NCBI GenBank assembly: GCA_965216875.1
Contig: OZ244207.1
Coordinates: 6,720,001 to 6,784,000 of the forward strand
Source of the DNA: Rubripirellula sp.
Lineage (GTDB): Bacteria; Planctomycetota; Planctomycetia; Pirellulales; Pirellulaceae
Length of the DNA: 64,000 bases
Direction: 5' to 3'
Shown here: positions 57,808 to 64,000 of the stretch, in pieces
How the letters are laid out: each line of letters starts with the position of its first letter
How positions within the stretch are numbered: position 1 is the first letter of the stretch
Program-made: the position numbers and the translations under genes
The notes under the pieces: model-generated
The model's database searches: none
Told to the model about the DNA's origin: nothing
The model's input: only the letters and a program-made list of their open reading frames with translations

Positions 57808-60800
57808 GGCTGCACCTCTTCATTTGACTCAACCGACGATCCAGACGCTTCAAGTTGTTCGGATGGCGTTGTTGATTCATCTACTTTGGCAGGTACCTCG
57901 GTCGCGTCGACCGACCCCGTGATTTCGACAAAGGGAGATGGCACTTCGTCCGGATCGTCTGGGTCGGGTGCTTGATCGGAGGCAGGTTCTTCGATCTCGA
58001 TCGGTTCGTCTGAGCCCCGCGTGGCTTCCGCCGCTTGGCTGAATGCCTGTCCAAGCAGTCGCCCGATTTGCGTTCCGATCGGTGCGCTTGGTCCGGAAAA
58101 AATGGTCGCTGATCCTGAAGGGGCAATGATGACTTGCCCGCCCGCTCCGGTCGGGCCGCCAACCATGACCTGCTCGATCTCCAAGAAATAGTCTGTGTTG
58201 ATGAGGGCTTTGGGCTCCCAGTTGATGTCCTCGCCCATCATCATTCGTCTCTCTTTCGCCTCGTGATAGGTCGCCACGCGTCGCGAGCCAAGCAGGTTGG
58301 TCATCACCGAGGTGGGGACGTCTGATGTCGAGACGTCGAAGGTCAATCGCCGGTGCCGGGCGGCAATGAGCGAGAGCTTCTGTGGGTCAAGTTTGCATCC
58401 GCGTAGCGATAGATGTTCGAGCATATCGCCATTTTGGATGATCGCATCAAGCATCTCGGCGGTCACTCGCGAATTCGAAAGGTCGACTCGACGCAGTGTG
58501 CCTTTGCCCATCAGCGTTTTGAACGTCTCAGGCTCGAGGCCGATGTCCCCCACCAACAGTTCCGAAATGCTAGTGTCCTTGAGGAAATCTAAGTCGGATG
58601 CATTTAGGCCCTTTGCCCCGCTTACGAAGAGGCTCGATAGATGCGCGTCTTTAATGAACCGCTGCAACGCAGGTCCGGTGATCTCGGTGTCGCGCAGGTC
58701 AAGGTGCTGCAGTTGGGGTTGCGCGCCCCAAGCTTCCAGCACGGAGTCGTCGACTTCGGCACCGGGCAAGCTAAGCGAATTCAGCTTCTTGAGATTGGCT
58801 AGTTGGCGAGTCGCATCGGTGGTCGCGTTAGGGTAGGCCAACGTCAGCGTTTTTAGCTCAGAGCATTTCGCGAGCTCTTCGACGACCGCATCGTTGATTT
58901 CGGATCCACCGCCCGCGAACGTCTGCAAACCACCAACACCGCTCAGTTTGATGTGTGCGGGAGATTGGAGAACCAATCGCTTTATCGACGAGGCATTCGT
59001 CAGTTCCACGTTTTGAGCAAAGCTGAGATCAAGCGACATCTCGAGGTTAGGGACGTTGATCAACTTGACGCTATTGATGAAACCATAGTCGTCGTCGTAG
59101 TCAAACGTCTTGAGTGAGGGTTGGTCGACGATTTCAAGGGCAAAGTCATCAATGACATACGTGCCCTGCCCCGTGAAGTTGACCGTCGGATAAGAAAGGT
59201 GCTCGAGATTCGGGAAGGTCTTGAGAATCCATTTGAGTGCAGTGGGATCGCCCTCGTTCTGTTTGACTTCAAGCCGCCTCAGTTCATCCATTCCTTCAAG
59301 TGTCTTCCATTGCTTGAAGTTGGTGGCCGAATTGTTGAGCAACAGTTCCTTGATGCCTTTGTTGTTGACCAGCGGCGAAAAATCTGCATTGGCCAGTGGG
59401 ACGGCATCGAGGTCAATCAACGTTGGTCCATCGCTGCGTCCGAGACCTTCGATCAGGGCTTTTGCGGCACCGTCGCTTAACGTTTCGGAGTACGTTTCAG
59501 CGCTGACGGTGCGGTGAAAGGCTCCCACGCCTAAGAATTTGAATGCGGGCGTTCCCTGAACCCGAAAGTGTTCGAGATCGACGCCAAAGATCGTGAACTT
59601 TTCGAGCAGCGGTGCATCTTCGATCTCGAAACGCGAACACCACAGTGTTCCTGGCACTTTGCCCCCGCGTGGCAACCGGGCTTGCCAATCGGTTTCCAGG
59701 TGTTTGATTTCGGTGAGTTCCGGAAGCCGCCGTAGCGTCAGATCAAACTTCTGAAACACGTCCAGCTCGATCTTCGAAAACCGTGGCAAATCGGTGAGGG
59801 CGACTTTCATCGCAACAGGATTCGCTTGGGAATCGAGTTCGTTGATGGTTAGTGTTTGGAGGTTGGGCCATCCTTCGATCTCTAAGGTGGCGACGTCGCC
59901 TGGATCGGGATGGCCGACGGTAAGCACTTCGATCGAATCGGACCACGGAGGCGTTTGGAGGTCCCCGAGTACGACATCGCTGCGAATCAGGTTGAGCCGT
60001 TGCAGCTTGTTGGGCAGTGCCCCGATGGCTTCAGCAGAAACATTGGTTCGGGAGAGATTGAGCGTTTTTAAACGTGGAACTGAGGCGATGCATTGGATGG
60101 TGTGTCCCGTGATCACGCGACCCGAGATGCGCACGTCGTGTAGATGTGGGCGATTGGCAAGCTGCTCGAGCCTTTGAAGGTCATATTGACCACCGCCCAA
60201 TCGCAAGCATGTTGTGGGCTGGTTGGCGATTGCTTTTTCGGCAAGCTCATCACTTGGGTATTCCACACGGATGCGACGTACTTTGCGAAGACGCGTCAGC
60301 ATCGCGTCGGGCAACCTTGATGCGAGCAGGCTGGGCACCCAAGTTGACATCGTCGCATGGCCGCCTTCGTTGCGAACCTCTTGAACGAGCTGCGTTTGCT
60401 TGCGATGAACAACTCCCAATCGTTGCCAATAACCAAATGGGATCGCAAGCAGGATCGTTAGCGTCAGAAGGTCCGCGATCGAGATCGATCGTTTCTTCAT
60501 TCTGCGAAGGATGACACGTCGATTTCGGCGATAGACAAAGAAGACGATCACGGTGACGACGAAGACGGCCAAGCCAAGATCAAACGCGAACGCTTGAATG
60601 GAAAAGACGCGTAAGGGCGATTCGTTCACTTCATCGGCTGAATAGTCGATCAGGTAACGGTAGGGCCAGCCCGCCATGACAGGCGTTGTGCTTTGTTCGA
60701 ATTGAAAGTCAACACGCGACGTTACATCGCCAATCACTTTCACTTCGCTGTACTGGTACGGCAAATTCAGGATTGTCGCGACCAAGCAAAGAATCAACGC

Positions 60801-60995
60801 GACGCCAATGGTTGATGCGCGGAGGCTTTTTTGTGCGGCTTGCTGGTCAGCGCCGGATGGATCGCTCTGTTGGTCAAGTGCCTGCGCTGGCTCGCTTTGT
60901 GGTTGGGCTTGCTGGGGTTGTGCCTCGCGTGCGACGTGCGCGTCGCTTGGTGATGCCTCAACCTCAGCGTGCCCATCGAGATCGTCGCTTGTCAT
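57804..60995 (-). CDS. 3-TM membrane protein with long leucine-rich-repeat region
   Basis: LKTLNLSRTNV, LQRLNLIRSDV, LNSLSLPGAEV, LQHLDLRDTEI, LRRVDLSNSRV; acidic tail. Confidence 0.85.
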   Translation of the reverse strand: MTSDDLDGHAEVEASPSDAHVAREAQPQQAQPQSEPAQALDQQSDPSGADQQAAQKSLRASTIGVALILCLVATILNLPYQYSEVKVIGDVTSRVDFQFEQSTTPVMAGWPYRYLIDYSADEVNESPLRVFSIQAFAFDLGLAVFVVTVIVFFVYRRNRRVILRRMKKRSISIADLLTLTILLAIPFGYWQRLGVVHRKQTQLVQEVRNEGGHATMSTWVPSLLASRLPDAMLTRLRKVRRIRVEYPSDELAEKAIANQPTTCLRLGGGQYDLQRLEQLANRPHLHDVRISGRVITGHTIQCIASVPRLKTLNLSRTNVSAEAIGALPNKLQRLNLIRSDVVLGDLQTPPWSDSIEVLTVGHPDPGDVATLEIEGWPNLQTLTINELDSQANPVAMKVALTDLPRFSKIELDVFQKFDLTLRRLPELTEIKHLETDWQARLPRGGKVPGTLWCSRFEIEDAPLLEKFTIFGVDLEHFRVQGTPAFKFLGVGAFHRTVSAETYSETLSDGAAKALIEGLGRSDGPTLIDLDAVPLANADFSPLVNNKGIKELLLNNSATNFKQWKTLEGMDELRRLEVKQNEGDPTALKWILKTFPNLEHLSYPTVNFTGQGTYVIDDFALEIVDQPSLKTFDYDDDYGFINSVKLINVPNLEMSLDLSFAQNVELTNASSIKRLVLQSPAHIKLSGVGGLQTFAGGGSEINDAVVEELAKCSELKTLTLAYPNATTDATRQLANLKKLNSLSLPGAEVDDSVLEAWGAQPQLQHLDLRDTEITGPALQRFIKDAHLSSLFVSGAKGLNASDLDFLKDTSISELLVGDIGLEPETFKTLMGKGTLRRVDLSNSRVTAEMLDAIIQNGDMLEHLSLRGCKLDPQKLSLIAARHRRLTFDVSTSDVPTSVMTNLLGSRRVATYHEAKERRMMMGEDINWEPKALINTDYFLEIEQVMVGGPTGAGGQVIIAPSGSATIFSGPSAPIGTQIGRLLGQAFSQAAEATRGSDEPIEIEEPASDQAPDPDDPDEVPSPFVEITGSVDATEVPAKVDESTTPSEQLEASGSSVESNEEVQP

Positions 60996-61094
60996 ATAAG
61001 ATTTAGATAAGAGTGAGAAACATCACGCTCATCCAATGTGACACAGAGGTTTTCCAATAGCAAGTTTCTGCGTCCGCACTCGACTCAAAGCCGG

Positions 61095-63182
61095 TTAGGC
61101 AGCGAACGTTTCTTGCGATGGAAGTGTGTCGTTTGAAGGCCGGTTCGCCGCGAGCTCTTTTTCAGCAATCCGAGCAGTCGCCAAGCGGTCCATCCAACGC
61201 CCAAGCTGAGTTCTTGGGATTCGCACGGCCGCAACCGTGCGTGTTTCTGCCGATGCCTCGGTGTTTTTCTGACGCCGCGTTGCATTGTGCAGCACATGCG
61301 AGACGATTTGCATGATCTCGATGAGGTAGTCGCAGGCGCGGATGCATGCCAGTTCCGTGCGTGAATCACCGCCGCCGTAGATCGGCAAGCGACGACCCAG
61401 TTTGGCCGCTGCGTCACGGATCAAAAACATCGACAAGTCGGCGCGACAGGAGAACATTTGCATGGGAAAGGCAAGCGATCCAACCATGGGAAGCAAGCCT
61501 GTTACCAGTGCTTCGCGATGTGGCACATGGTGTCCTCGGGAACTCCAAAGACTCCAAAGTGTGACCAAGGTTCGCAGGGCTGGCGTGAACACCATCGGCA
61601 AGAGAAACCAAACGTTTCCACTGGCGATGAACGCTGCGATCCCACCCACTTTTGCAGGAAGGATCACCGGCGCGAGTGTTTTGAGTGCCAGATGCATCCC
61701 AAAGCCACGCGTGTAGGTGAGCACCTGTTTGCCGCACAATTCACTGCGAAGCGTCTCGGCATGTTCTTGGGACAGGCGTTGTTGTTGTTCCCACGAATCG
61801 ATGGCCGCAGTCACTCGTTGACCACCGAACCAGGCTTGATAACGAGGGCTCAAGCACAATAGGAAGGCATCGGTCGAAACGTCTTGCCGGTAACGACGAT
61901 CGGCGGCGAAGCGGTGCACCGACCGGGGCAGCACATAGCGCAGCAGGCGATGCATCGCCGCTTTCATTTCCGATAGGTTCGCATCCTCTGGGAGACGCCC
62001 TTCATCGACTAGACGCAGGTGTTGTTTTTCTTTCCATTTCCGTATTCGCTCGCGCCGCGCATTGCGGTCGGTGAGCAATCGACGAGCACTCACGCGTGCG
62101 TTTCGGTTGCCAATCAATCGAGACGACCAACGTCCGAGCACCCATGGTAAGAGACCAGCCCACCAAATCGCCCGCATTAGCAAGGGGCGATCTTTGAGGT
62201 TGGAGGCTGTTTCGTCGTCAACCACACCGGCCTGTTGCCAGCGACGGATCAACTCCGTCTTGTATCGCTCGCGTCCGGAACGTGTGAAGTGGCGCCACGG
62301 TTTTCGGAACAGCGCCCACTCCGATCCCTTCCAGTTCGCCGAGTGGTCGATCAGCGATTCGAGATCTGCACCGAGCTGTTGAGTCTGTTCGGGACCGATG
62401 CGGAAGGTCAGCAGCTTCTTGTTCTCGGTGTACCATCGCCGCAACTGGGCGGCATCCAAGTCATCAAAGGGTGGTAGGACGCCACGAACGAAACCGGACA
62501 GCAAGTATTTGGGCACCAATACGGCAGGAATACCAGATTCCAAATCGATCACGGTGTATCGATCACCTGTGCGAAGCAGGTTGGCCGTCGAAACCATCGC
62601 TCGTGGTGCAACTTGCCAGCCCGATCCAACCAGTCCGCAATCGGAAAGTGTTGTTTCCAACTTGCTCATCAAAGTGACGAGTTGATCGATTTCGGGCGTT
62701 GATTCTTGTGGAGACTTGGCCGTCGGTCGAAATTGGCTGCGGAGTCGAGATGCGTTGACAGGGGCGGGTTGAATGCCGCGACCATCGATCCACTCGGCGG
62801 CCAAAACCCACGCCGAATGCTCTTGGTCATAGCGCACATAGGTGGGCGACGCGATCGATGCATCGGTGTCGCTCGCCGCGAGGGCGGCGGCCGCGACACG
62901 TCGCCGGAAGAAACAGGTGGCAATCGCGTCAGCATTGGTCTGGTAGCCAAAGGGCGATTGAAACGAGAGACGGTAAATCAAACGTGTGAGGAGTCCGGGT
63001 GCGAACACCTTTTCCACACAGCGAACCACGCGTCCATCGCGAAAGTGTGCGTCGACCAACTGGGCTCGCGCAGCCCTCCCCTCGCCCAAAGTGCGAAGCA
63101 CCTGGACCGATTCGGGTGGAGATGGCAATACTCCGCCTTGGGCGCATGCCGGCTCCGAACGTGTCAACGAACTTTCTATCAT
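61095..63182 (-). CDS. Hypothetical protein with degenerate protein-kinase-like N-terminus and C-terminal TMs
   Basis: LRTLGEGRAARAQLV, CVEKVF, STANLL, TVIDLESG; ATG 63182 preferred. Confidence 0.65.
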   Translation of the reverse strand: MIESSLTRSEPACAQGGVLPSPPESVQVLRTLGEGRAARAQLVDAHFRDGRVVRCVEKVFAPGLLTRLIYRLSFQSPFGYQTNADAIATCFFRRRVAAAALAASDTDASIASPTYVRYDQEHSAWVLAAEWIDGRGIQPAPVNASRLRSQFRPTAKSPQESTPEIDQLVTLMSKLETTLSDCGLVGSGWQVAPRAMVSTANLLRTGDRYTVIDLESGIPAVLVPKYLLSGFVRGVLPPFDDLDAAQLRRWYTENKKLLTFRIGPEQTQQLGADLESLIDHSANWKGSEWALFRKPWRHFTRSGRERYKTELIRRWQQAGVVDDETASNLKDRPLLMRAIWWAGLLPWVLGRWSSRLIGNRNARVSARRLLTDRNARRERIRKWKEKQHLRLVDEGRLPEDANLSEMKAAMHRLLRYVLPRSVHRFAADRRYRQDVSTDAFLLCLSPRYQAWFGGQRVTAAIDSWEQQQRLSQEHAETLRSELCGKQVLTYTRGFGMHLALKTLAPVILPAKVGGIAAFIASGNVWFLLPMVFTPALRTLVTLWSLWSSRGHHVPHREALVTGLLPMVGSLAFPMQMFSCRADLSMFLIRDAAAKLGRRLPIYGGGDSRTELACIRACDYLIEIMQIVSHVLHNATRRQKNTEASAETRTVAAVRIPRTQLGRWMDRLATARIAEKELAANRPSNDTLPSQETFAA

Positions 63183-63332
63183 GAAGCGTGTTTGGGGAAC
63201 GGAGATTGCCGCTGATGGGCAGCCCTGGTTACGGGCGTAAACTAGGAAATCGTCGCCAATCCCAACAAGATGAATCGGGTCCAACAGGCTGGATCGGTCG
63301 ATCACACTCAAAATTCCGGCAGATAGGGCAAG

Positions 63333-64000
63333 ATGGGGGAAGCAGAAACAACCGTCACGCTAGCAACTCCGGTGCATTCGCTACCGGGAGTCGGGCTTGC
63401 GCGCGCCAAACGGCTTGCCAAGATTGGACTGCGCACCGCCCGCGACGTGCTGTTTCTTTTCCCACGCGATTACGAACGGCCTGCTCCGCCGACCAAAGTC
63501 GAGGAGCTAAAAGAGGGCGAGCCCGCCTCGTTGGTCGGAGCCATCGTCGAAGCAGAAACGGTTTCGCGGACGCCGGGCAAATCGATTTTTGGCGCCCTTG
63601 TCGAGACCGACAGCGGGCTGGTCCGCATCCTCTTTTTCAACCAGCCCTTTCGCGCCGAGCAATTGACGTACGATCGGCGCGTCGTCATCTCCGGCAAGCC
63701 GAAATTGAACGGACTGAGGATGGAATTTGTCCATCCCAAGGTGACCATCCTTGGTGATGAAGAAGAAGTTCCCGAGCCAAGGATGCTGCCCGTCTATGCA
63801 TTGACTGATGGCGTCAAGCAATCCGACATGCGAACCCTTGTCGCGGCAACGTTGGAACAGCTGGTAGGAACGCTTGATGAAGCGATGCCCGAAGCATTGA
63901 GGAACGAAGCGGGTGGAAGGTTGCAGTTGGGAGGCATGAAACTGACTGGCCCCCTTCCCGGCATCGAGCAGGCAATGCGAGGCTTGCATCAACCGACGAG
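63333..64000 (+). CDS. recG: ATP-dependent DNA helicase RecG, 3'-truncated by the window (not in ORF track)
   Basis: Manual translation MGEAETTVTLATPVHSLPGVGLARAKRLAKIGLRTARDVLFLFPRDYE...FFNQPF...EFVHP...LPVYALTDGV. Confidence 0.92.
   Translation, partial: MGEAETTVTLATPVHSLPGVGLARAKRLAKIGLRTARDVLFLFPRDYERPAPPTKVEELKEGEPASLVGAIVEAETVSRTPGKSIFGALVETDSGLVRILFFNQPFRAEQLTYDRRVVISGKPKLNGLRMEFVHPKVTILGDEEEVPEPRMLPVYALTDGVKQSDMRTLVAATLEQLVGTLDEAMPEALRNEAGGRLQLGGMKLTGPLPGIEQAMRGLHQPT

Noticed and set aside
63188..63992. Track ORFs 63188-63757 (+) and 63507-63992 (-)
   Set aside because: They overlap the recG reading frame starting at 63333, which runs off the window

Overview
Core-genome window of a Planctomycete, probably Pirellulaceae. 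This is inferred from DUF1501/PSD1 cytochrome genes, a DUF1559-type H-X9-DG fragment, a zinc-ribbon SpoVG and an ECF sigma-Ser/Thr kinase pair. It holds about 48 protein genes. Housekeeping genes include gyrA, gap, nadE, ispE, lpxD, lpxI, lpdA, a partial recG, two purine nucleoside phosphorylases and two FabZ-like dehydratases; many others are planctomycete hypotheticals. No rRNA, tRNA, CRISPR array, transposase or prophage was seen. The intergenic DNA is densely occupied by about ten families of short palindromic REP-like repeats (GTAG-tagged and GTGAGCCG-tagged), some with compensatory stem changes and some supplying or abutting stop codons. Best leads: (1) an uncharacterised three-gene helical/coiled-coil module (TelA-like, DUF6384-like, coiled-coil) embedded in REP mosaics; (2) a 32-aa bL37-like ribosomal protein gene missing from the ORF track, with a structured leader; (3) a tandem PNP pair with an Asp/Asn specificity switch, followed by a degenerate glutamate-synthase-like pair; (4) a pseudokinase-LRR-beta-propeller cluster. 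All family assignments come from motif recognition by eye; no database searches were run.
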